A stretch of DNA of 64,000 bases from Candidatus Velthaea sp. (GTDB lineage: Bacteria > Vulcanimicrobiota > Vulcanimicrobiia > Vulcanimicrobiales > Vulcanimicrobiaceae). The notes under the pieces are model-generated. The model saw only the letters and a program-made list of their open reading frames with translations. It was not told the origin of the DNA and searched no databases. The position numbers and the translations under genes were made by a program. Below, one piece after another: positions 38,992 to 47,764 of the stretch. Numbering within the stretch: the stretch's first letter is position 1; each line of letters opens with the position of its first letter. Location: NCBI GenBank assembly GCA_965214935.1, contig CBDCCS010000014.1, positions 55,231-119,230 of the forward strand, written 5' to 3'.

Positions 38992-39903
38992 ATGCGTTAT
39001 GGATTCATCGGGCTCGGATCGCTCGGCAAACATCTGGCGGCCGGCCTGACCCGGGGTGGTTTCGACGTCACCGTGCATGACCTGCAGCGGCCGGCGGCCG
39101 ACGCCGTGCTGGCACTCGGCGCCGCGTGGGCCGACTCGGTGCCGGAGCTGGCGCAGCGGTGCGACGCGCTCATCACCTGTCTGCCGACGCCCGCGGCGAG
39201 CGCCGCCGTGCTCGCGCAGGCGTTGCCCGGCCTGCGCTCCGGCAGCACGTGGATCGAAATGAGCACCAACGACTTCGCCGAGATCGAGACCCTGGCGCAG
39301 CGCGCGGCGCTGCAGGGTGTCGCGACGCTGGCCTGCCCCGTGACCGGCGGCGTGCACCGCGCCGAAGCCGGCGACATCACGGTGCTCGTCGGCGGCCCGC
39401 GCGAGCTCTGCGATCTGCACGAGCCCGCACTGCAGGCGATGGGCGGGCGGGTGATCCATCTCGGCGGCATCGAGCAGGCGGCGGTCACCAAGGTGGTCAC
39501 CAACATGCTGGCGTTCATCCACCTGATCGCGGCCGGCGAGGCCCTGATGCTGTGCGCCAAGGGTGGCGTCGATCTGCGGGCCGCATTCGATGCCATCGCC
39601 GCCAGCTCCGGCAACAGCTTCGTGCACGAGACCGAAAGTCAGGTGATCTTGAACGGCAGCTACGATATCGGCTTCACCATGGATCTCGCGTGCAAGGACG
39701 CCGGCTTCGCGGTCGAATTCGGCCGCCGCTTCGGCGTGCCGCTGCGCATCGCCGGCGTCATGGAACAGATCTTCATCGAGGGTCGCGCCCGCTATGGAGG
39801 TGGCGCATTCTCGTCCATGATCGTCAAGCTGCTCGAGGATGCGGTGCACACGCCGTTACGCGCGCCCGGCTTTCCGGCGCGGTTGGGTCCGGAACACGCC
39901 TAG
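38992..39903 (+). CDS. NAD(P)-dependent beta-hydroxyacid dehydrogenase family (3-hydroxyisobutyrate dehydrogenase-like)
   Basis: GFIGLGSLG, CPVTGG, KVVTN, F.MDLACKD. Confidence 0.9.
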   Translation: MRYGFIGLGSLGKHLAAGLTRGGFDVTVHDLQRPAADAVLALGAAWADSVPELAQRCDALITCLPTPAASAAVLAQALPGLRSGSTWIEMSTNDFAEIETLAQRAALQGVATLACPVTGGVHRAEAGDITVLVGGPRELCDLHEPALQAMGGRVIHLGGIEQAAVTKVVTNMLAFIHLIAAGEALMLCAKGGVDLRAAFDAIAASSGNSFVHETESQVILNGSYDIGFTMDLACKDAGFAVEFGRRFGVPLRIAGVMEQIFIEGRARYGGGAFSSMIVKLLEDAVHTPLRAPGFPARLGPEHA

Positions 39904-40007
39904 ACGCCGTTTTCGTCGCCGTGCCGCGCGCCAGCCGTTCTTCGATGTGGTGAGTGCGCAACGGTTGGCCGGCGACGAAGGAAGAGTTTTGTAAATAGCA
40001 CAAAATA

Positions 40008-40044
40008 TGTCGCAATTTGGCATGGGGGCATCGCTTAACAGCAT
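40008..40044 (+). promoter_or_regulatory. Tandem ArgR/GbdR-type box upstream of TonB-dependent receptor 1
   Basis: TGTCGC-N6-GCAT and CATCGC-N6-GCAT, 21-bp period. Confidence 0.55.
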
Positions 40045-40277
40045 AGCAATCACGACCCGATCGGATAAGCTCGATTGAAATGTGGATGACACATTCGAAC
40101 GCGATCTGACGTATTCGAGCAACACGCGGGGCGTGTCCGGAGACTCAGAGCGATGAAGTCGATGGTTGTCGCACGGGATTCTGAGGGGGGACGGGAGGCT
40201 GTTGCAGGCGTGCAGCAACCGTTGAACGCATTTAACGCGCGATCGAAAGCCGCTAAATACTAAAGGGATCGTCAAGC

Positions 40278-42875
40278 ATGAATTCAAATCCGAAGCTGTC
40301 CTATGCGATTGCCGCCATCTTGGGCAGCTCCAGCATGGGGTTCTCCGCACACGCCGCCACGGCCACCGACACCAGCGACTCCGAGGGAATCCAGGAGATC
40401 ACGGTGACCGCGCAGCGCCGCACGGAGAATATGCAGGACGTGCCCATCACGATCCAGGCACTGACCTCCGAGACCCTGAAACAGCTCAACGTGTCGACGT
40501 TGGACGATTTCATCAAGTACACCCCGAACGTCACCCAGGCGAGCAACGGTCCCGGCCAGAGCAACATCTACATGCGCGGCTTGTCGCTGGGGGCGGCGGG
40601 ATCGCAGGGAGCCGGCACCACCGGCCAGATCCCCAACGTGGCGGTCTACTTGGATGACCAGTCGGGGTCGCTGCCCGGCCGCAACCTCGACGTTTATGCC
40701 GCGGATCTGGAGCGGATCGAGGTTCTCGAAGGTCCCCAGGGAACCCTGTTCGGTTCCGGCGCCGAGGCCGGCGTGCTGCGCTACATCACGAACAAGCCGA
40801 AACTCGATGTGACCGAGGGCGCGGTCAACGGCGGTTACAGCTACACCGCGCACGGCGATCCCAACAGCAACGTCGACGCGATGATCAACATCCCCATCAT
40901 CCCCGACACCCTGGCGGTTCGTGCGGTTATCTACAACGACTCGCGCGGCGGTTATATCAACAACCTGCCGAGCACGTTCACGCGCCTGGTGACGGACGAA
41001 GGCTTCAAGGGCTATGCCGCCGTTCCCACGAACAGCGCGGTCATCAACAACAACAGCACGGTCGGCAATGCCATCAACCCCGTCACGTACAAGGGCTTCC
41101 GTCTGTCGGCGCTCGGCAAGATCAACGAGGATTGGAATGTCCTGCTGGCGCAAAGCTATCAGCAGATGGACGCCCAGGGCGTGTTCTACGAGATGCCCTA
41201 CAGCACCGAAGGCACGACCTTCACGGCAACCGGCAAACCGATCGGGGCCATCGCCCTTCCGCATTTGTCGGTCAATACCTTCAACAACTCGTACGACAAG
41301 GACAAGTTCGAGAACACGGCGCTGACCGTCAACGGTCAGGTGGGACCCTTGAAGCTGGTGTACAGCGGCGGCTACCTGGTCCGCAACGTCGAACAGGTGC
41401 AGGATTACACCAACTATGCGCGCGGCGTGTACGGCTCCTACTACCAGTGCGCCGGCACGTCGAAGACCGACCCCACCGCCGGGCAATGCTATTCGCCCAG
41501 CGCGACCTGGCAGGACAAGACCCGGAGCACCCATCAGAGTCACGAAATTCGCGTGAGCACGCCGGACGATCTGCGCATTCGCGGCATCGCCGGACTCTAC
41601 TACGAGCAGTTCATCATCACCGACGACACCGAGTGGCTGTACAAGACCGTCCCGACGTGTTCGGCGGCCTTCGACAACAACTGCTTCAACAACGTCGGGC
41701 CGATTCCCGGAGCGTTCTCGACCAACAACAGCATCCGCGGCGACAACACCGGGTTCTTCGACAATTTCCAGCGCACCATCGACCAGAAGGCGGCGTTTGG
41801 CTCGGTCGACATCGACCTCATCCCGAAGGTGCTGACTTTCACCGCCGGCACGCGCTACTACCGTTTCAACGAGAAGGAGGTCGGCGCGGACGTCGGCAGC
41901 TTCTACTGCAAGGTGTACGCACCGACCACTGTGTTTGGTCAGTGTTCAACTGCGACGAACGGACCCAAGTCGCCCTATAGCACCAATCTCAACACGCAGA
42001 ATCCGAACAGCTCCAAGTACTCCGGTTTTCGCAGCCGCGGCAACCTGAGCTGGAAGATCACGGACGACCAGCTGGTGTACGCGACCTGGTCACAGGGTTT
42101 CCGTCCGGGTGGCTTCAACCGCGGGTCGACGGGCCACCTTCCCGGCGCGGATGGCGAGAAACAGTACTTCACTCCGGCGACGTACGCGCCCGATACGCTG
42201 GTCAACACCGAACTCGGCTTCAAAACGCTGTGGCTCAACCGCCGCCTCGAACTGGACGGCGCCCTCTACAACGAGGACTGGAAGAATACGCAGGTCAACT
42301 TCTTTGATCCCCAGGGCGGCCTCGGCAACCTGACTTTCGGCACCAACGGCGCGAACTATCAGGTGCGCGGCGGCGAGTTGCAGGTGATCGCCCGGGTATA
42401 CGAGGGCATCACGGTGCAGGGCTCCGGATCGTACAACCACAGCAAGCAGACGAACTCGCCGTTCTTGATCAACAACAACCCGAAGAGCGCCACCTTCGGC
42501 CAGGCCATCACCTCCGTCCCCAATCCATACGGTGCGGAAGGCAGTCCGCTGGCGAATGCCCCGCTCCTGCAGTTCAACATCCGCATCCGTGACGAGATCC
42601 CGGTCGGCGACTACAAGACGTTCTGGCAGGTCGGCGCCCAGCACATCGGCGACTCGGTGTCGGGCACGGGAAACATCGCGACCTTCGACCAGCCGGGCTA
42701 CACCACCTACGATGCGTCTTTCGGCGTGTCGAAGGATGCCTGGAACGTGCAGATTTTCGGCCAGAACCTGACCTCGGTGAATGCCAGCACGGGCACGAAC
42801 AGTGGTCAGTTCGTCCAGACCGAGACCGTCACCCGGCCCCGCATCGCAGGCATCAAGATAGGCTACAAGTTTTAA
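40278..42875 (+). CDS. TonB-dependent receptor 1
   Basis: Signal peptide, TonB box EITVTAQRR, RIEVLEGPQGTLFG, SQGFRPGG, terminal Phe. Confidence 0.95.
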   Translation: MNSNPKLSYAIAAILGSSSMGFSAHAATATDTSDSEGIQEITVTAQRRTENMQDVPITIQALTSETLKQLNVSTLDDFIKYTPNVTQASNGPGQSNIYMRGLSLGAAGSQGAGTTGQIPNVAVYLDDQSGSLPGRNLDVYAADLERIEVLEGPQGTLFGSGAEAGVLRYITNKPKLDVTEGAVNGGYSYTAHGDPNSNVDAMINIPIIPDTLAVRAVIYNDSRGGYINNLPSTFTRLVTDEGFKGYAAVPTNSAVINNNSTVGNAINPVTYKGFRLSALGKINEDWNVLLAQSYQQMDAQGVFYEMPYSTEGTTFTATGKPIGAIALPHLSVNTFNNSYDKDKFENTALTVNGQVGPLKLVYSGGYLVRNVEQVQDYTNYARGVYGSYYQCAGTSKTDPTAGQCYSPSATWQDKTRSTHQSHEIRVSTPDDLRIRGIAGLYYEQFIITDDTEWLYKTVPTCSAAFDNNCFNNVGPIPGAFSTNNSIRGDNTGFFDNFQRTIDQKAAFGSVDIDLIPKVLTFTAGTRYYRFNEKEVGADVGSFYCKVYAPTTVFGQCSTATNGPKSPYSTNLNTQNPNSSKYSGFRSRGNLSWKITDDQLVYATWSQGFRPGGFNRGSTGHLPGADGEKQYFTPATYAPDTLVNTELGFKTLWLNRRLELDGALYNEDWKNTQVNFFDPQGGLGNLTFGTNGANYQVRGGELQVIARVYEGITVQGSGSYNHSKQTNSPFLINNNPKSATFGQAITSVPNPYGAEGSPLANAPLLQFNIRIRDEIPVGDYKTFWQVGAQHIGDSVSGTGNIATFDQPGYTTYDASFGVSKDAWNVQIFGQNLTSVNASTGTNSGQFVQTETVTRPRIAGIKIGYKF

Positions 42876-42927
42876 CAGCCCGCTCGAGACCGTAGGATGG
42901 CGGGCCGACGGCGGTCAGCCACGATCG

Positions 42928-42953
42928 AAGGCGGGCCCGGAGCCCGCCTTTTT
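42928..42953 (+). terminator. Intrinsic terminator between receptor 1 and the sulfotransferase
   Basis: AAGGCGGGC-ccgga-GCCCGCCTT-TTT. Confidence 0.75.
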
Positions 42954-42967
42954 GCTTTCAGGAACCC

Positions 42968-45040
42968 ATGGCAGCAACGACTCCCGATAATCCGCCTACC
43001 CGCATCGAATCCGAGGTGCGGCGCATCCGTGGGCTGTTGCAACGCAGCCAGTACGAGCCAGCCCTGGCCGCTGCGCTGGCGCTGCGTCCGGAGGTTCCCG
43101 AGAATCGCGACGTTCTGTACATGATCGCGGTGGCGCAGCGGTATCTCGAGCGGATCCCGGACGCGCTCGCCACGCTGGCCGAACTCGAACGGCACCATCC
43201 GGACTACCCACGGACGTTCCAGGAGCGGGGGCACTGCTACGTCGCGCTGCGCGCGCCGGCACCGGCGCTGCAGGCCTTTCTGCGCGCGGTCACGCTGAAC
43301 CCGTCGTTGCCCGCGAGCTGGCGGGCGTTGCAGGCGCTTTACAAGATGTCGGGACAGACCGCCTACGCGGACGATGCGGCGGCCCACCTCGCCAACCTCC
43401 AGGCATTGCCGCCGGAGATCGTGACCGCGTTCAGCATGTTCGCCGACGGCGAGCTGCACGACGCGGAGAGTGTCGTGCGGCAGTACCTGCTCACGCACGG
43501 CGATCACGTCGAGGGCATGCGCCTGCTGGCGCAGATCGGCATGCGCATGGACGTGTTGGACGATGCCGAGTTCCTGCTCGACAACGTGCTGCGCCTCGCG
43601 CCCGGCTATCACGCCGCGCGCTATGAATACACGCTCGTGCTGCTGCAGCGGCACAAGCACGTGCAGGCCCGGGAGCAGCTCGGCCGGCTGCTCGAACTCG
43701 AGCCGGACAACCGCGCCTACCGGACCACGCAGGCGACGATCAATGCCGGTCTCGGCGACTATGCGCGGGCCATTCCGCAGTATCTGGGCGTACTCGCGGA
43801 GGCGCCGCGGGATCCTGACCTGCATCTGTCGATCGCGCACGCCCGCAAGACTGTGGGGAGGACCGCCGAGGCGATCGAATCCTACCGCGCGGCCGTGGCC
43901 ATCAATCCGACTTTCGGCGAGGCCTACTGGAGCCTCGCCAATCTCAAGACGTATCATTTCACCGATGACGAGATCAGCCGCATGCGCAGCGCGCAAGCCG
44001 ACCCCGGCACCGGCCTCAAGGATCGGTATCATCTGTGTTTCGCGCTGGGCAAGGCGCTCGAGGACCGCGGCGAGTACGCCGAGTCGTACGCGTTCTACGA
44101 GCGCGGTAATTCCCTGAAGAGGCCGGAATGCCGTTATCGTCCCGAGATCACGGACCGCAACACCCGACTGCAGAAGGCGGTCTGCACGCGCGAATTCTTC
44201 GAGGCACGCCGCGGCTGCGGCGCGCATGCTGGCGGGGACGGGGTTCCCTACGGGGTTCCCTACGGGGTTCCCATATTCATCGTCGGGCTGCCCCGCTCCG
44301 GCTCCACGCTGCTCGAGCAGATTCTCGCCTCCCACTCGCAGGTCGAGGGCACCATGGAGCTGGCGGACATCCCCCGCCTGGTGCAGGAACTGCAGGGACG
44401 CGAGAGCACGGTGGCCGCGCCCCTCTATCCCGAGGTGCTGACCCGGCTGACCGGCGAGGACTTCAGAACGCTGGGCGAGAAGTACCTCACCGACACCCGG
44501 GTCTACCGAACGGGCAAGCCCTATTTCATCGACAAGATGCCGAACAACCTGCGCCACCTGGGTCTTATCCATCTGATGCTGCCGGACGCGAAGATCATCG
44601 ACGCGCGCCGCGAGCCCATGGCCTGTTGCTTCAGCAATTTCAAACAGTTGTTCGCCTCCGGACAGCAGTTCACCTACAGCATCGAGGACATCGCCCGCTA
44701 TTACCGCCGGTACGAGGAGCTGATGGCGCATTGGGATGACGTGCTGCCGGGCCGCGTCCTGCGGGTGCAGCACGAGGACATCGTCGCGGATCTGGAGACG
44801 CACGTCCGCCGGATGCTCGACTTCTGCGGGCTCGAATTCGAGCGCGGTTGCATCGAATTTCACACGACGCAGCGCACCGTGCACACGGCGAGTTCGGAAC
44901 AGGTGCGCCGGCCGATCAATCGCGACGGACTCGACCAGTGGCGTCACTACGAACCGTGGCTCGGACCCTTGAAAGAGGCGTTGGGCCTGCGGCAGGCACC
45001 GGACCATGCGGCCCAGCCGCGATACGCGACGGCACCTTGA
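42968..45040 (+). CDS. TPR-containing sulfotransferase family protein
   Basis: N-terminal TPRs; PIFIVGLPRSGSTLLEQIL.SH, DKMP.N, TASSEQVRRPI. Confidence 0.93.
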   Translation: MAATTPDNPPTRIESEVRRIRGLLQRSQYEPALAAALALRPEVPENRDVLYMIAVAQRYLERIPDALATLAELERHHPDYPRTFQERGHCYVALRAPAPALQAFLRAVTLNPSLPASWRALQALYKMSGQTAYADDAAAHLANLQALPPEIVTAFSMFADGELHDAESVVRQYLLTHGDHVEGMRLLAQIGMRMDVLDDAEFLLDNVLRLAPGYHAARYEYTLVLLQRHKHVQAREQLGRLLELEPDNRAYRTTQATINAGLGDYARAIPQYLGVLAEAPRDPDLHLSIAHARKTVGRTAEAIESYRAAVAINPTFGEAYWSLANLKTYHFTDDEISRMRSAQADPGTGLKDRYHLCFALGKALEDRGEYAESYAFYERGNSLKRPECRYRPEITDRNTRLQKAVCTREFFEARRGCGAHAGGDGVPYGVPYGVPIFIVGLPRSGSTLLEQILASHSQVEGTMELADIPRLVQELQGRESTVAAPLYPEVLTRLTGEDFRTLGEKYLTDTRVYRTGKPYFIDKMPNNLRHLGLIHLMLPDAKIIDARREPMACCFSNFKQLFASGQQFTYSIEDIARYYRRYEELMAHWDDVLPGRVLRVQHEDIVADLETHVRRMLDFCGLEFERGCIEFHTTQRTVHTASSEQVRRPINRDGLDQWRHYEPWLGPLKEALGLRQAPDHAAQPRYATAP
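44238..44273 (+). repeat. 12-bp tandem repeat x3 within the sulfotransferase CDS
   Basis: ACGGGGTTCCCT ACGGGGTTCCCT ACGGGGTTCCCA, encoding GVPYGVPYGVP. Confidence 0.9.
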
Positions 45041-45121
45041 GGGAGGGTTCGGGCACTGTCGGATCAGTGTGACGGAAGACGATGCGATGTCAGGGGCATT
45101 TACCAACGAAAGGGATCCAGC

Positions 45122-47764
45122 GTGAATTCAAAATTATCTTATGCGATAGCCGTCATCCTTGGGACGACGTCGGCGGGCGCCGCGATCGCGGCCACCGCCG
45201 CGGACGCCGACAACGGCAGCGACGCGATCCAGGAGATCACCGTCACGGCGCAGCGCCGCAACGAAAGCATGCAGGACGTGCCGATTTCGATGCAGGCCTT
45301 CACCTCGCAGGCGCTCGAACAGCTCAACATTCTCACCTTCGACGATTACATCAAGTATCTGCCCAACGTCACCACGGCCAATAACGGACCGGGGCAGAAC
45401 GAGGTGTTCATGCGCGGCCTGAGCGCCGGCTCGCAGGCGAGCCAGGGCAGCGCGTCGACCGGTCTGTTTCCGAACGTCGCCATCTATCTGGACAACCAGT
45501 CGGTGCAGATGCCAAACCGCAATCTCGACATCTACGCCGTCGATTTGAACCGCATCGAGGTTCTCGAGGGCCCGCAGGGCACGCTGTTCGGCTCCGGCGC
45601 CGAGTCCGGCGTCATCCGCTACATCACCAACCAACCGAAGATCGACGTCACCGAGGGCAGCGTCAAGGCGGGTTACGGCACCACCGCCCATGGCGACAAC
45701 AACTCCGATGTCACCGCCATCATCAACCTCCCGCTGGTGCCGGAGCACGTCGCGGTGCGCGCAGTCATCTACGACGATCAGCGCGGCGGCTACATCGACA
45801 ATGTGCCGGGAACCTTCACCCGGTCGAATACGGACATCGGCATACCCTACGGCGGCTATGCCGCCGTCGACGGCGCGTGCCCGAACGGCAAGCCGCCCGG
45901 ACAGGCCGGCTATTGCGTGCCGCCCGGCAGCCCCTCCATCAACAACAACAATGTGGTCGGCAACGCCATCAATCCGGTCACCTACAAGGGATTGCGCGGC
46001 GAACTCCTGTACAAGATCAACGACGACTGGGACGTGCTGTTGACGCAGCTCTACCAGAGCACCAACTCCCAGGGCGTCTTCTACCAGCAGCCGAACGCCT
46101 CCGACGGCGCCGCGCTCGCGCCGCTCGAGGTCACCCTGTTCAATCCGACCTACGACAAGGACAAGGCGGAGCAGACCTCGCTGACCATCGACGGCAAGGT
46201 GGGCTGGCTCAAAGGCGTGTATACGGGCGGCTACCTGGTGCGTACCGTCGAGCAGCAGGGCGATTACACCAATTACTCGCGCGGCGTGTACGCCGACTAT
46301 TACCAGTGCATCGGCAAGTACGACTCGACGCCCCGGTGTTTCTCGCCGAGCGCCTCCTGGCATTCGAACGAGCAGAACCATCACATGCAGCACGAGTTTC
46401 GTCTGAGCACGCCCGACGAGTGGCGCATTCGCGGCATCGTCGGCGCGTTTTACGAGGACAACAAGCTCTATGACCAGACTTCGTGGATGTACAAGACCGT
46501 GCCCGCCTGCACCGCCGACCTGACTGTCGGCTGTTTCGCCAACGTGGGAACGTTCCCTGGAACTTCCGTCGTCAATCCCGGCGAGCAGCCGCCCACCACC
46601 TCGTTCTATCAGGACTCGGTGCGGGACACCAAGCAGACGGCCTTCTTCGCCTCGATGGATCTGGACCTGATTCCGAAGACGCTGGTGCTCACGCTGGGGA
46701 CCCGTCACTTTCTCTTCGAGAATTCCTATGCGGGCAGCGTCATCTCGAGTTTCGGCTGCTACGAGGGAGGCACGCCGGCGGGCGGCTGCCATTCGACGGC
46801 CTACTCCTACAATCTCGACGCACAGAACCTGCGCAACTCGGAGAGCGGTTTCAAGAGCCGCGCGAACCTCTCCTGGCACATCACGCCCGAGGTGATGTTG
46901 TATTACACCTGGTCGCAGGGATTTCGTCCCGGCGGTTTCAATCAGAACGGCGGTACGGCGCACATCCCCGGCCCCGATGGCAATTCCCAATATCTTCTGC
47001 CGAAGTCGTACGATCCCGACCAGCTCACGAACAATGAGATCGGCTGGAAGACCGAATTCTGGGATCACCGGATCCAGTGGAACGGCGCGCTGTACCGCGA
47101 GAACTGGAACAACGTGCAGATTTCGTTCTTCGATCCAGGCCTGGTGGGCAACCTGTTCTACAACACCAACGGACAGAATTTCATAGTCAAGGGAATCGAG
47201 ACCTCGGTGATCGCGCGCGTGATCGACGGACTGACCCTGCAGGGGGCGGGTTCGTGGAATCAGAGCCGCCAGACCAATTCACCGGCGCTGATCGACAACA
47301 ATCCGGCATCCGTGAACTTCGGCAAGCCCATCACCGAAAGCTGCAGCGCCACCCCCTGTGTGCCGGTCACCGATCCATTCGGCCCGGTGGGCTCGCCCAC
47401 GGCCAACTCGCCGCCCCTGCAGTTCAGCTTCCGCGCGCGCTACGAATGGTCGTTCAACGACTACCACTCGTTCGTTCAGGCGGGCGCGGCGCACACGGCA
47501 CACTCGTTCACGCAGGCGGGTTCCAATCCCTCGTTCGCCGGGGCCGGAACCATTTCGACCTCGCGGCTGCGCTTCGCCGATCCGGCGTACACCACCGTGA
47601 CGGCGCAGGCGGGCATCGCGAAGGATGCGTGGAACGTCATGGTAAGCGGCGAGAACCTGAGCAATTCCAACGCCGCCACGTTCACCAGCACCGATCAGTT
47701 CATCGTGGAACAGACGCCGCTGCGCCCGCGCACGCTCGGCGTCTCCTTCGGGTACAAGTTTTGA
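45122..47764 (+). CDS. TonB-dependent receptor 2 (paralog of receptor 1)
   Basis: NSKLSYAIA.ILG signal, EITVTAQRR, RIEVLEGPQGTLFG, terminal GYKF. Confidence 0.95.
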   Translation: MNSKLSYAIAVILGTTSAGAAIAATAADADNGSDAIQEITVTAQRRNESMQDVPISMQAFTSQALEQLNILTFDDYIKYLPNVTTANNGPGQNEVFMRGLSAGSQASQGSASTGLFPNVAIYLDNQSVQMPNRNLDIYAVDLNRIEVLEGPQGTLFGSGAESGVIRYITNQPKIDVTEGSVKAGYGTTAHGDNNSDVTAIINLPLVPEHVAVRAVIYDDQRGGYIDNVPGTFTRSNTDIGIPYGGYAAVDGACPNGKPPGQAGYCVPPGSPSINNNNVVGNAINPVTYKGLRGELLYKINDDWDVLLTQLYQSTNSQGVFYQQPNASDGAALAPLEVTLFNPTYDKDKAEQTSLTIDGKVGWLKGVYTGGYLVRTVEQQGDYTNYSRGVYADYYQCIGKYDSTPRCFSPSASWHSNEQNHHMQHEFRLSTPDEWRIRGIVGAFYEDNKLYDQTSWMYKTVPACTADLTVGCFANVGTFPGTSVVNPGEQPPTTSFYQDSVRDTKQTAFFASMDLDLIPKTLVLTLGTRHFLFENSYAGSVISSFGCYEGGTPAGGCHSTAYSYNLDAQNLRNSESGFKSRANLSWHITPEVMLYYTWSQGFRPGGFNQNGGTAHIPGPDGNSQYLLPKSYDPDQLTNNEIGWKTEFWDHRIQWNGALYRENWNNVQISFFDPGLVGNLFYNTNGQNFIVKGIETSVIARVIDGLTLQGAGSWNQSRQTNSPALIDNNPASVNFGKPITESCSATPCVPVTDPFGPVGSPTANSPPLQFSFRARYEWSFNDYHSFVQAGAAHTAHSFTQAGSNPSFAGAGTISTSRLRFADPAYTTVTAQAGIAKDAWNVMVSGENLSNSNAATFTSTDQFIVEQTPLRPRTLGVSFGYKF

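Noticed and set aside
40017..40035. sigma54 promoter (TTGGCA...TCGC)
   Set aside because: GG-to-GC spacing does not fit -24/-12 (N10); the tandem-box reading fits better.
47077..47760. N-terminal extension of the lyase ORF
   Set aside because: Out-of-frame overlap with receptor 2; TTG 47761 with a signal peptide is the better start.
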